The notes under the pieces were generated by a model that was not told where the DNA came from, ran no database searches, and saw only the letters and a list, made by a program, of their open reading frames with translations. This document shows, piece after piece, positions 49,560 through 64,000 of a DNA stretch of 64,000 bases. Every line of letters begins with the position of its first letter. Position 1 is the stretch's first letter. Origin of the DNA: Macrostomum lignano (Eukaryota); contig NIVC01002183.1 in the NCBI GenBank assembly GCA_002269645.1, positions 131,181 through 195,180 on the forward strand, in the 5' to 3' direction. Made by a program: the position numbers and the translations under genes.

Positions 49560-50410
49560 TCCTACCAGTCTTTCTCCAATAGCCGCAGGTACAGCACAAG
49601 AAAATAAAGAACACGAGGGAACACAAACCGAAAGATTTAGAGAGTGATAATCCTATGTGATACAAACTGATAATTGGCTAGACGATTTAATTTGATACTT
49701 CAAGTTACAAGATTTAAATTCAAAGCGGCGCAGATAACTAGAGTTGACAAAACGACGATAACGGTTAATAATAATAATTAGATTACGCAACTGGCAAGCA
49801 GATCTCAGCTGAGAAGAAGAGGAAGGAGGCACCGAACACAGGACCACGGAGAAAGACTCCTAACCCCTGGCCTAAGCCAGAACCTACACTCAAACGAGAG
49901 CCCTGCCGAATCGACCGTTCAACCGAGTACCGACTAAGTTCTATCGGCACTGCCCTTCAGTGTGACACTGAGGCCCTCGGGATCGAGGCCGCGTACTTGA
50001 TCAGATCCGACTGTCTCTATCTAACCGCGCTTAATAGCGACGACGCCAGACAAGGATGCCGAATCGTTACGCTATAAGACTGAAGCGTTCGGGCGGGGGA
50101 CAAAAACACGGACCGGGGGTGACGAAATCAAAACGTCTCAAAGCGCGAACCAAAGGGAAACAGGCCACCGGCCGGGAAGCTGGACAAGACAAAACCGGGG
50201 AAAGAGAAGGCGAGATCCGACCGCCAAAACACACTTTCATATATAGTCAAAGTCAAACCCTCACAACCCCTCAAAACCCCCCTCAAGCCGGGTGGTGGTC
50301 GTCTGGCCGGCCGCTTGCTTAAGCCGAATTGCACTGTGCCCGCGGCGCCGGGTAGAACTGGAACTTGCCGCGTGCCAGGGTCCAGGCCGGTTCTGATTGG
50401 CTGACTGCGC
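49560..50410 (-). mobile_element. Unclassified LTR/leader-like repeat
   Basis: Minus-strand CCAATCAG and TATATATG, a T-rich body and a TGGCGTCG PBS-like stretch; no ORF. Confidence 0.3.
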
Positions 50411-51469
50411 AAAGCTGGGGTTCGCAGACAAACTCAACCCTCCGCTGAGTCACAGTTGGCGTCTGACTTCTAACCTGTTTACGCAAAATTGATTCTAACT
50501 AACAAGGAAAAAGTACACCAAAAACGTATGACTAAACTAAAGCAAAATAACAATTCAATAACAATAATGCAAAACCTAACTAATAGAATACAAGGCTGTC
50601 GCAAAAGATGCTCACACTACAATACCGAAAGGAAACCTGTGTAAAAACCTGTAAATTCTAAAAACCGCATTTGATTTAGGAGAGCAATCCGAAATTGATG
50701 CTGTCATGGTCTTTATTTTAAACCTTTTTTCTGCCGGATCCTATCTGAAAAATGTTTTATTAGTAGCTATAGTGACAAAACGGCTAAGAGGATAGATGTT
50801 AGCTAATGTACCTGTATTGTAAATATATTCTTTCTGGAGAAATTGCACGTATAACGTATATTTCTACATGTATATCTTAATTACCTTTCTACATATTAAT
50901 ATAGTACATCACCCTTAAAACTTCAGTTGTACTTATTTCATATACAAATACAGTAGCGTGTCGAAAAACTTTCCCAGGGCAGCAGTGACGCGACCAGAAG
51001 TTTGGAGAGAGCTGATCTTGGTGCAATGCATGTGATGGGCCATAATGCAGTGAAAATCCTGGAAATGTGGAAGCTAGGTAGGCCAGTTTGGCAAAAATTC
51101 TGTTGCTTCCTTAAAGTTCTTCTGGGTCTGTAAAATGTGAAAGGCTTTGCAGACAACTTCGGGCAGTAATATTGAACAACTAATACTGCATCTATTTGAT
51201 AATAACAATTCAATTTACATTTCGTCTATCGCAGTCACCTTCGCCTTCTTAATCAGCTTGCTTTACTCGCCATGAGACAATTATGGTTTAATATAGCTTT
51301 CAATCCCCCCATAAGATTTAAATCTAAATAATACACATAAGCTCTTCTTTGTAACCAATATTTTTTGTTTAAAATTAACTAAAGGTTCATAGAAAACAGT
51401 GCTAATATTTTGAGGCGGCCCGGCGGAGAAAAGAAAATGGGATTTAAAAATTTAGTTAGTTGGTCGGTC

Positions 51470-53160
51470 GTTGCGTTCGCACGAATAAATCCGGAAAATC
51501 GCGCAGACGAATCGCAACGTTATTTTCTCCTGTTTTACTCCGGCTGCAGGGATCCTCAAATTCCGGGGGGAGGGTATAGTCGTAATCGTAGCTGAGCGGT
51601 GGTTTAGCGGCACGGTCGAATTCAAATGGTAGATACCGAAGATTCTGACACCGTAAATTAATGCGTCGATTTGTTGAGCTGATTACTATCAGTAGGGTAG
51701 AGCTGCCACCACCGTAATTCTCGTATTATACGGAACGAATAAGTCTCAGAGCTTTCTTTGAGATGAGAACTTTGAGTTGTTTTACGTCCCACGGACAAAT
51801 AACTCAAAATAGGCTATGGCTTAAAGATTTACGTAAATATTGGAGACAAAGATGTATTAATGGTTTATTAACTGTTTGGCGGTTAAAGCTGAATAAAGTG
51901 TAGCAGGTCAGGTTAACTAGGAAATAATATTGTGTTACTAAATGTACGACTGAGACTGACTTTGCGGGCGCCGAGGAGCTAAACTACAATAACAAAATTA
52001 AGGCTTACAATTTAAAAGCTTCGCAGTCGGAATAAATAAGCTTAGTCGAGCAAGATAATGAGAGTAGGCTAGCTAAGTAAGCAAAATGAAACGCAAAGCG
52101 CAAACGATTGAGGGAGAAGAGACGAGGGTTTTAAACACGCAAAAGTGGGAGATTAGATAGTGCAGAGCAGCCAGCGATCCAACAGGTGGGGGCAGACGCT
52201 GGACATTGTGGTGGGCACGAATGAACACAGTGTGGGCGAAAGGGCAAAAATTCTGGGGAAACAACGAAAATTAACAAAAGATCCTTAGAGGGGACGTTAG
52301 TGGGTCAGAACATGGAAAACAGAGAAAGTCGCACTTGGACAGGCAAAGATGTTCCACGCTGGGGATAAACTGACGTCAGGCGGTCAGAGCACGGACGACT
52401 TGTCATGCAAAAATTAATTCAGCTAAAATTAATTAAGTCACAAATTTCAAGTGGCAACTCGCCTGCACAGTTTCGAAAGCAAACAGTGCTCAGGTTTTTT
52501 AATTTATTATTGTGGATTTGGTAATATAATTTTGCCGCTCTAATAAAAACTTATTGTGCGACGTTTTTTCAGTATGCCTAAGGATGCACGCAAATTCAGC
52601 GACAAACAAATTCAGCGACAGAGATTCACAATGGACTAATTCGGCGAAAGCGAATTCGGCGACACGTCTTTTTATAGCTAGCCTAAAGACAAGTTAAAGC
52701 AAATGAGGTGGGGGCGAAGAAAGAAAATTAAACTTGGGGTTTGACTTGAAATCGGTCGGTTGCTGACACCATGAATGAGGTGGGAGCGGATTCCACGTTT
52801 GAATTCCTGCCGGCGTTGCGTTCGCACGAATAAATCCGGAGATGTCGCGCAGACGAATCACAACGAAATTCTTTCTCCTGTTTTACTCCGACTGCCGGGA
52901 TCCTCGAATTCCGGGGGAGGGTAGTCGTACCGTAGCGGAGCGGTCGTGTAGCGGCGCGGTCGTTCAAATGGTAGACACCGAGATTTTGACACCGTAGATT
53001 AATGCGTCGATTTGCTGAGCTTGTTACTTTCAGTAAGGGTAGAGCTGCCACCACCGTAATTTATGTATCACGGAACGAATAAGTCTCAGAACTTTCTTTA
53101 ATTGAGAACTTTGATTGTTTTACGCCCCGTGGGCAAATAACTCAAGATATGCTATGGCTT
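51470..53160 (-). repeat. Two diverged (about 80%) copies of a ~350-bp LTR-end/PBS/leader-like segment (51470-51825, 52815-53160)
   Basis: Co-linear alignment by eye. Both carry minus-strand TGGTGGCAGC (tRNA-Leu-type PBS-like), but without a canonical CA LTR end. Confidence 0.55.
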
Positions 53161-53306
53161 GTGGATCAACGAATAAATAGGATGTAGCTTTTATTTATTA
53201 TTTATTATTATTATTATTATTTAATATTATTATTTTTATTTTTATTTATTATTTATTATTTATTGTCAGTTATTAATTATTAGCAGGCACGGGGTTGTAA
53301 ACGGCA

Positions 53307-54068
<762 letters not shown>

Positions 54069-54442
54069 CTACAAGTGGAAGTGGAAGTGGACGCACCTGG
54101 GCGAGGTGCGGGGGTTTCCGCGGGGTTCGCGGCAGAATCAACCTCCATGTTGGAGGGTTGGGGGATTGACGGACCCCCGGCCGCGGGAATTGTCCTGGCT
54201 GGAATGGAGAAAACTGAAATGTAGAAAAAAGCGGGGGTAACCGCTTGGGGACTGGATATACCCCCAGCCAGCTCCGTGGAGCTACCCTCTGTCACGGTAA
54301 ACAGCAGAGAAGCTTTGGGTTACCGTCTTATCCCAGGATTGCTCCCAGGCGAGGCTCCGGCAGGCCCCCAGTCCACACTCTGCAAGATCAGGGGGCGGGA
54401 GGCCGGCTGCGGGTTTGGAACACAGGCGCCAGGTCGGGTTGA

Positions 54443-55309
<867 letters not shown>

Positions 55310-56994
55310 TCCTTGTGCTCTTTTACCTTGGGGTTGCGATAGGGGCCTCGCGGCCTATTCGCGGCGCCTGCGCCCTCCGTCAGTAGTAAGTAGTAGTAAG
55401 TAATTATTAGCAGGCAGGTTAAAATAGTTAGTTAGTCGATCGAGATAAATTTGCTGCGGCACCGGGGTGCCAAATCATAAAAGAAGTTCACTAATTGATA
55501 AACTTATTAAGCTTGGTTATCAGGCGAAGCAAGATAGATAGCGAGAGCAAACAAAATAAATGTGTGCGAGAATCAGCAAGTTAAACGGAGCAGAGGATAA
55601 AAGAAAGGGCAAGGAAGGTAACAGAATTAGCTCATGAAAACAGGGGATTAAATAGGGGCAGCGAGCAATTCCGCGGGTGGGAGCAACTGCTGGATGCAAC
55701 AGTGGGCACCTATGGGCATAGCATGGACAAAAGAAAAACCGGGAGCATAAGTGCAACTTAACAAAGTTCTGCAAAAAGGATAATAACAGCCAATTCGCAT
55801 GGAGCACGTGGTGGAACAATGCCTGGACAAGCAGAAGCAAACCACACTAGGGATCGCTGCTGGCGGCGGCGGCGCTGCTCAGCGAGGTGCCCACTCGCTG
55901 AGCCAGGCTAGCTGTGTTTTGTTAAATTGGACATCCCGCGTCTTGAGAAATGTGAGTGGTGAATGAGGGCCACTTGACATATTTTTATTTTGTTATTTTT
56001 ATTTGCATAGCATATTTTTGCGAATTCCTTCCCCGACATTGTAAACAATGGAAAGACCTAATTAGGCATAGGAGAAAACCATTTTTCTCGTTTTTTCCAA
56101 GTCCCAAAGGTTTTTGCTTACGAGGTCGCTCAGCCTGAAATTAACGAACATTTCTTGGAAAGGACTTAAAACTGAATAAGAATAAATGATAGATAAAACA
56201 AACTCAGTTAAAAATGGAGAGCTAATCTGCATTATAGAATACGATTCTACAAAAGGAATTATTCAAATCATACGCAATTGTTTTTGCTTCATTAATTCTC
56301 GGCGAATTTGCCTAGATTGTCGCCGAATTTGCTTTCGCCGAATTAGGCCTAGTCGATTATGAATCTCTGTCGCCGAATTTGTTTGTCGCCGAACTGGTCA
56401 GCACCCATGCCTAAAACACACTGCTAGTTTAACAATGTGTGGGTTTCAGCAAAAAAAGATATTCAGAGTTCAGACAGACACTTAAATTAAAAACAAATTA
56501 AAATATATTAGATAAGAATATTAGATCTTAATTTTGAAAAGTTTATATTGACAATCTTTTTAAAAATATTCTATTGAAGAACTACTGAATAGGCCTATTT
56601 TAACATTGAAAATTGACTATTGAAATTCCATTGAAAATCGATTAGTAAACTAGGCCTATTCTACAAATTACCATATCTAATTATAATAATAATTGGTTTG
56701 TGTAAGGCCTACTCAGATCTTAAGGATTAATAAAGGCAAGCCAATGGTTAATAATCAATATCCAATGATACAATTAAGAAGGCAAGGGGCTGCCAAGTAG
56801 GGGGAACCTAGAAAAAATCAAAGGGGAGACCAAGCCAATTTTAGTCAAAATATAGAACTATACTCTTTTTGCCCTCCTTGGGCCTTTACCAGTGGTATAA
56901 CTAGGATTTTGAAATGGGAGTATAATTGAAAAAGTCAGTCACAATCTCATGAAATAGTTTGTTTTGTAGGGCCTATTTTTGTGTTACTATACAT

Positions 56995-58170
56995 TGACTT
57001 ACTTGACTTAGTTGCAGGGGGTGTCTGGTAGATGCAGCAAGGTGGAGGGGACTGCCCATTCCACTAACCCCTGGCAACTAGACTTCCATCGAAGTGATAT
57101 TGCTCGGGGGGCCCATCGGTCTTGCCTACAGCTCAGTCCTCCTCACTGGCAGTGGGGAAGAACTTAGCTTGTCCTATGTCAATGTCCCTAAGGTACTAGG
57201 CAAGCAGCAGGATGCTGTTGGGCCTACAAATGTTTAAAAGAACCAGGTTTGGCCCAAGGTGAATAAGTCTAGCCCTAGTAAAAACTAGGCAGTGGCAGAT
57301 AAAATGCTTGGTGTTTTCACTGCCTGAGTGGCAAAAGGGGCATCACTCCTTGGGTACTTAGCCCTGAAGGAAGTGGTGGCAAGCAAAGCAATCATACCCA
57401 GAGAGGGCCATGTTGACTGCTCTGAGGTCTCTGTGGTTAAGCCTGAGGAAGGCTCTATATAGGAAAGGAGAAAGGCAAGGGATAGCAGCATGGGATTGCC
57501 TGCAATTTCGGGTGTTGTGCCACCTGTAGGGATGCTCGGAATCAGTCTAGTGCTTGATGCAGGAATTGATCACCAAGGCAGGAATAGGGGCCCCCAGGCC
57601 CAGCCCTAGCAGCGCGCCAGTAAAGCCAGCCTTAGCTAGCAAGTCAGTGTGCTTGTTGCTAAGGAAACCAGCGTGGCCCAGGATCCATCTGAGCTCTATC
57701 TAGTTACCTAGCATAAGCCCATTGAGCTGGGTATTGCAGTCCAAGATGGACTTAGAGCTGGTAGTGCTGCAGCAGAGGGCCTAAAGGGCTACTTGGCTGT
57801 CAAAGTGAAAAATAAATTTCCAACCACTAAGCTGCCTTCAGCTTAGCTTTGCCACGTAGGAGCTGATGGCAAGCACCTTGCTTTGATAAACACTGGAGTT
57901 GAGCCCAGTGTGCTAGGAGTAGCTCCACACATGCTTGGGCGCAACCTTGTGATTCACCCGGCCATTTCTAATTGGCAACACACACATGTAAGTTGCTATT
58001 GGACGGAATAATAGTCACGTGACTGCTCTTGGCCAATAGTGACTTACATGTGTGAGTTGCCAATAGAAATAGCCGAGTGAATCCCAAGGTTGCGCATGTA
58101 TGGCTCCACACCACTTCTCCCTTGGAGAAGACACAAGCTCCAAAGCCTAAAAGACCATGCCTCATAAAGC
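56995..58170 (-). mobile_element. Older degenerate LINE 3' fragment (RNase H, CCHC, AAGT tail)
   Basis: Minus-strand FDSQVALRAL...IELRWILGHAGFLSNKHTDLLAK. The tail TTGACTTACTTGACTTAG matches that at 35982. Confidence 0.8.
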
Positions 58171-59046
58171 CATCAGTGTAACAGTGGACTTCAGAATTGC
58201 TCTAGCTGTCACTCGCCTTATGTTGAGGCTGAATAGTGACCTTATACCTTTGGCTTAGGAGAAGGATAGATGGGATTGAGTCTTTACCTTCTAGTTTTTA
58301 CCTGGAAGAAGTTTTTACCTTCCAGAATCTACTTTTCTCAACAAATTTCTAGTTGTGCTATTGATATCATGATTCTAAAGCTATCTAGCTATGTATTTAT
58401 ACTTGGTATCTATTAATGATCACACATATACCAAGGAAAACATGACAATAAATCAAGTATAGTACCACCATAGGTCCATAGCTATATAGTCAATAATGAG
58501 AATCATGATATATTTCTTAGTATTATGTAAAAATTTAAATGAAGAAGAAGAAGAATCACTGTGCCATTTGGCATCCTAGACTACATCTAAAATCAATTGG
58601 ATAACCAATCAATGATACTTTAAATAAAGTATGGAAATATGGAAAATAGCAGTGCCAATTTGGCATCCAGTAATTAAATTTAGGATGCCAAAATTATAGT
58701 TGATGTCTCATTATTAACAGTATAAGGCAAATACACAAAGCATAGTCTATCTGAATATTTAGGCATGGAGGTTTTGAAAAGATCCTAGGATTTTTTGTCT
58801 TTATTGTCTAAGACCTACTAGGCCTTATTGCCATTGAATTTAATGTCAAGTGGTATAAATAGAAATAAAATTTTAATAAATAAATTACTGCATCTCATTT
58901 GTGCTTACATGGTGTTACTTAATGCTCTAACTGAACAACCTGAATTTGATTGTTTCATGAAACCAATGGAATAATCAATCAACTAATCCCTAATTTGTAC
59001 GCCTTGAATAGTATTATTATTATTCAGTACAATTTCATGCATCAAA

Positions 59047-60875
59047 ATGCGACCCCGGTTTAAGCTTATATTAAGCATAGTGCTACTATTAGTAGTATAC
59101 CAACTGGCTGGCCACCTGCTGCCTTCAATTTATACGTCGCATTATCACCTGACGGAAAATATTGATGCAAGCGTTAACGAAGCGTCTGTCGATGCTTTTG
59201 GAACCGTAGTTGCCAAGTCTTCGTTGGATGATGACGATTGGACTCACGCCAGCGATGCGCTGCTACCGGCTGCAGCTTCTCAATCTTCATCTAGGCTATT
59301 GTCACCGATATCCTTGCCCAGGTTTCGATTGTCTCAATCGTCTTCAAAGCCTGTGACATCTTCATCATTGGCGCCTTCTCTGCCTCCCCTGCTGGCCGCG
59401 TACACTCCGCCGGAGCAGCCGGGTTCCGTTGTCATAGCAACCGCTGTACAGTCTGGCGAACAGTCAGCCGCTATAGATTTGATTAGATCGGTACGCGACA
59501 GATTTAATGCCAGCCTGCCTCTGGTGCTGTGGGATCTGGGATTGACAACAGCCGATTTGATGGAATTGTCCTCCGGCGCAAAGGACGGCCTGGCCTGTCC
59601 CAGCCGGTGGTGCAGGCTGCGCCGGTTTCGATTCGATCTGTACCCGGAGCACGTCAGCAGCCGGCTAGACACGCGGGCTTACAAGCCTTCGCTATCGGCG
59701 CCCTGCTGCGACGCTTTGGCGTTGTTGTTTGGACCGATTTAGGCGGCCCGTGGCCTGCCGGCTTCTCAGTCGGAATGTCGGGTCTCAGGCCTGTGCTGGA
59801 GGATGCGAGAGCCGCTGGACTGCAGGTGGGTGTCGTGGCGCAAGAGTCTGACATTTTTACCCGCTGCGCTGCTCGGGTCTATGAGAATTTCCCGCAGGAG
59901 GTTTTCCCACCGAGGTTTGCCCGACGAGCTTTTCCCGCAGCGAGGTTTTCCCGCAGGGGTGTCCAGTCGGAATTTCAAGTCTAATCCAATCGGATTTTAA
60001 ATCGCTAGTCTAGTCTAGTTCTAATCTAGTCTAGTCTATTTTTTACTAGTCTAGTTCCAATCTAGTCTAGTCTAGTTTTAATCTAGTCTATTTTATTCTA
60101 GTCTAGTTTTAATCTAGTCTATTTTATTCTAGTCTAGTTTATCTATTGTATTCTAGTCTAGTCTAATCTATTTAAAAATAGTCTAAAGATTGGATTTGAC
60201 TTGAAATTCCGACTGGAAACCCCTCCTGTAAGAAAAGCTCGCGCCTGTAAACCTCGCGGAAAACTTCCTGCGGGAAATTCTCGTGCTCCGCCACTGCTCT
60301 GCCCCTTTCCAACGTGACCGAAGTGAAACTATAAATTATTTTGCCGTATTACAAGAAGATATTAATGAAACCTTTCATTCACTTCCCTCCCTCCCTTCCA
60401 GGCCTGGTCGTTTCCACCGCCAACTACGGCGTTCACGCATCCGCAGACCTTCGAGCTGCTCAACGCTAGTCTGCACGACTATCGCCTGCACCGGATGGTG
60501 TCTGCCGCTCATCTTGTCCTCGCCGCCTCGCCGTTCGTCCACCGGCGCCTCCTGTTGCCCTGGTCCCGGTGCGCCCTCCGACCAGCGTGCTGGCTGCCCG
60601 CTGGGTCGGGCCCCCTTCGTAGTGCTCGCAGCGGTTGCCGATTCGGTGACATCCGGCCGTACTTTCGTTACAGCGGCTGCCACCTGTACGACACGTCGGC
60701 GCTGAACGTAGTGCTAGGCAGGGCCTACGATTTCAACGTGTCGGCCTATTCGTGCGATAGAAAGGTGTTTGGCTACGGGCTGAACGATACGGATTTGGCT
60801 AATCACTTCAGCATACCGGGCGTCGACTTTGATCAACTAGAACGGAGCGCCCTGCCTAACGAATATGTTAGATAG
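59047..60875 (+). CDS. DUF1647-family type II membrane protein, exons 59047-59825 and 60402-60875, with one -1 frameshift near 59687
   Basis: N-terminal TM anchor; LVLWDLGL, LRRFRFDLYPEHV, AYKP.AIGALLRRFGVVVWTD. CAG|GTGGGT...CCTTCCAG|GCC gives GLQ|AWSF...AFTHP; GCHLYDTSALNVVL. Confidence 0.8.
59883..60282. mobile_element. Intronic MITE with about 110-bp imperfect TIRs and (TCTAG)n core
   Basis: GAGAATTTCCCGCAGGA...TCCTGCGGGAAATTCTC; no TSD identified. Confidence 0.75.
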
Positions 60876-60994
60876 CAACAGATTCTTATAGCCTGTAGTT
60901 CAATTGTTTGCTGCGGATCTCAGACACGCTTTGCCTGTTCATTGTGCTAGCTAGTTCATTCACTCACAAGCTTTGTGGTTTGCCTAGAATTTTT

Positions 60995-61375
60995 TTAGTT
61001 ATTCATAAACTGAAACATTCGTCTGATTGACATCCGGGCATCCGGATAGCCCTGGCAACCACGGCGGCTGGCCTCCGGAGAGTCCAGGTGGGTGGTCGCT
61101 CGCCCGTTAGACCTTAACGGACGAGCTGGCAGAGATTCTCGGGCCTGAAAACGTCTGGAGAGGTCCGGGTTAGGGCCGAGGTAGGTGAACCTGTCCTGAG
61201 TAAAGACGGCGGGGCAGTCACAGATGAAATTCTCCGCAATCTCGACACCGGAGAGGCAGAAGGAGCATTCCTCGCTACGGGTTTTTTCCTGGAGATAGCG
61301 ATGCCTAGCGAAACAGCCATGATCACCCGTCCTGATGTTCCTGCGGTTGAGTCCAAGCAGGGCCCTGTGGTTCAT
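60995..61375 (-). mobile_element. Short LINE 3' fragment (CCHC region)
   Basis: GDHGCFARHRYLQ...CSFCLSGVEIAENFICDCPA, homologous to 36080-36400. Confidence 0.8.
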
Positions 61376-63277
61376 TCGGCATCATTCGGATCATCATTCA
61401 TTCGGCGCGCGACTTGTCAAGTTAAGCTCCTTGTTCCGCCACTGCACCTACGCTAGGTTTTATAGTAGAGAACTCATAGGCGCGAAAATTTACACAAGGC
61501 GCGAAAAATTGCATACCCCCACCCGCGCCGAACACTGCCTCAGCGCTGGTTGTTTGACAATGTCGCTGAAGGCATTGCGTGAGGGTGCCCCGCAGCCCTC
61601 CTGCAAATGTTTATATCTACATCTATAACCTGACCGACCTGAAAGTTTGTATGACAAGCGCACCACTTCTGGTGTCAGAGTGCTAAGAGATGGATTGTGA
61701 ATAATAAGTTGTGTGTGCCGTTCTTTGAGCTGGATATTTTTATTATGATGTTCAAACCAGACAGACAGCTTATGTATGCAAAGCATTGTATTTTTTTGCT
61801 TAGTTGCTCGCTTTTCGCTAATTAAATTTTCTCTTTCAATTATTTGTTATTCTTATTTTTCTCTGATAAAATGATTACAAAACAAGATTGCTCAAAGTTT
61901 TGTACCGAAATTAGTTAATAATGCTCTTTTCTGTGACTACTTTACTGTCTGGGAAGCTTAAGTAGTCTATGGTGAGGATGCTTGCTGAGGAGTTGCAGAT
62001 TAAGAATGATTTTCCATCTGAAAATGCAATACGTATAGTATGAAGTTTACATGTAGTATTACTTTATCACTGATATTGTAAGCTAATAGTGCCGTCTTTC
62101 AATAGTGACTGCAGCACCTGTAACCCAGACATGATCAATACCTGTGCACTTGTATGCATGTACGCAAAGTATTGTTCAAATTTGTTGCTACGAGCATACT
62201 GCTGCCTTATTAATACTGCTGCTGCTGTGACTTTCATTCAATTCAAATATATTGCGCAGTCAATGCTATTATTAGTATTATTATTATTATAATGTCTTCA
62301 CAAGATAATGATTAAATTGGAAGTTTCGAATTTTTTTAATATTACGCTCATATTAGCTAGTTGCCAGAATGTTAGCGAATAATGATGTCTGTGAAGTTTA
62401 GGTACTGCCAGGAATCCACACAATACCATAGATACTAGAGTAACTAGACGGGCCACTCAGCACATTTGCGTGCAAGCTACTCGTACTTTCAGTTCAAGTA
62501 GTAAGTTAAACAGAAAGCATTTTAATGTATTTTTAAAGCCAAGGCTCATTTATTGGCTCTTACCCACCAGCTTAAACCCTCCAACCGCGCCTTTCCACAC
62601 TACCCCCCGCCCCGCCCCAATTTTTATTGCCTTTCTCGGAATTCCAGCCTAAAAGCTGCCATGTACATTTCAGTGGACTGGCTAATGTACATTACTGCAG
62701 AACCAATTAGCAAGTTGTTTACGCCTGCAAGATTGGGCTTCTAAACTTATCAAAGTCATTTCAGCTGCTTTTTTTTATATATTTTTCTTTGCTACTGAAC
62801 TGAAAGTATCAGTCAATCTTTTTATTTACACACAACAGATAAAATTTCCAAAGGCAAACAAAACCTACTGCCTAAAATACTATGATTTTTAACCAAACCT
62901 TGAAGATTTTCAGCATTGAAAATGATATAATGAAAATATTACGCGTATATAATGTACCCACGCTTCCAGTAAGCCTTGAAATCTCAGCATTCCCCCCCGT
63001 CCGTAAGCGTTTCGCCAGGGTGCCCACAGCCCTCGTGCAAATATGCATTTATGCATGTGTTAAATAACTATTTGATGCGCCTAAAACTGTATAAATTTCG
63101 AGTGGAGCAGGCAAAACAAACAAAAAAGCATTTTACAAACTGTTAGATCTACCAACAAGCGTCTTAAAAAATCGATATTTCTATCTATATGGCTGTCAAT
63201 AAAATATTGTAGTTAGCTATTGAAATCTAAGCTTTACTAGATTACCTTAATTATTGTCTCCCGTTCGCCAACTCCAG

Positions 63278-63952
63278 GCATTGTTACCCCCAATCTTGCG
63301 TCGCGTGCTGTTGAAACGGCGCTTATTGGCTCGCTGCTTGGCTCTGACCGCTCTGATTGGCTGCATAATCTGGCTCGCTGTAGCTTTCCCCAGCCTCCTC
63401 CTCCTCCTAGCCAATCGGAGACGCCGGCTGCCCAGGCGAAGGATGGGATGGTTGTTTCCAGTCTTACCCCGGCAGCCAATCAGAATGGGCCGTCGCTGCC
63501 CAACTATCGTGTGCACATATTTTATTACGCCTGGTACGGCGAGCCCGGCACTGATGGCGCCTGGCTGCACTGGAATCACAGCCGCCTGCCGCACTGGAAC
63601 GCTGAACGGGCGCGAAAATTTAGCCAAGCCGGCCATACGCCACCTGGCGACATTGGCGCCAATTTCTACCCGGAACTGGGTCCCTATTCTAGCGCCAATA
63701 TCAGTGTTGTACGCCGCCACTTTGCCCAGATCAGACGGTCGGGCGCTGGTACTGTGGTTGTGTCCTGGTATCCGCCCGGCATGGCGGATGGCAATGGTCG
63801 ACCGGTTGATCGGCTGGTTCCAATGCTGCTGTCGGCTGCTCGCGGAATTCCAATTGCGCTTGGCTCTGCATATTGAACCCTATGCGGGCAGGTCGCCTGC
63901 TAATCTGCGCCGTCATCTGCGCTACATAGCGCTACTCATGCCAGGTTTGTAA
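63278..63952 (+). CDS. MANEA: Glycoprotein endo-alpha-1,2-mannosidase (GH99) coding exon with two compensating frameshifts; gene continues beyond the window
   Basis: TM anchor, then HIFYYAWYG, HWNHSRLPHW, DIGANFYPELGPYSS, GTVVVSWYPPG, LHIEPY, all hallmark MANEA motifs. Acceptor CTCCAG at 63277; the start codon is not identified. Confidence 0.88.
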   Translation, partial: ALLPPILRRVLLKRRLLARCLALTALIGCIIWLAVAFPSLLLLLANRRRRLPRRRMGWLFPVLPRQPIRMGRRCPTIVCTYFITPGTASPALMAPGCTGITAACRTGTLNGRENLAKPAIRHLATLAPISTRNWVPILAPISVLYAATLPRSDGRALVLWLCPGIRPAWRMAMVDRLIGWFQCCCRLLAEFQLRLALHIEPYAGRSPANLRRHLRYIALLMPGL

Positions 63953-64000
63953 ATCAATATTATCTTATACAGGTAACATGACCTATTTTCACCGGTTTCA

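Overview
Eukaryotic (metazoan invertebrate) genomic DNA, not prokaryotic. It has GT-AG introns, minisatellites, a tRNA-derived SINE and animal-type transposon families. The composition is reminiscent of the flatworm Macrostomum, but that is only an inference. Layout: (i) 1-5.4 kb, purine-rich minisatellites around a low-complexity minus-strand ORF/exon. (ii) 6.5-58 kb, an almost uninterrupted transposon field: at least 10 Crypton tyrosine-recombinase (YR) elements or relics in about 4 families (one intact 463-aa YR), 3 Harbingers, several mariner/Tc1 elements (one intact DD39D transposase), P-element relics and MITEs, a piggyBac tip, 3 Gypsy relics and Lian/Loa-like LINEs. (iii) 59-64 kb, two host Golgi-type genes (a DUF1647 protein and a GH99 endo-alpha-mannosidase, MANEA-like). 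Two patterns are not explained by the feature list. First, 22 of 24 orientable transposon ORFs between 6.9 and 46.2 kb lie on the + strand, suggesting a flamenco-like uni-strand piRNA cluster or transposon trap. Second, the octamer GTCTATGG/CCATAGAC occurs about 40 times (about 2 expected), just inside the ends and upstream of the ORFs of unrelated superfamilies and in a Gypsy LTR, suggesting a shared host-factor site. All counts and coordinates were read by eye; no database search was run.
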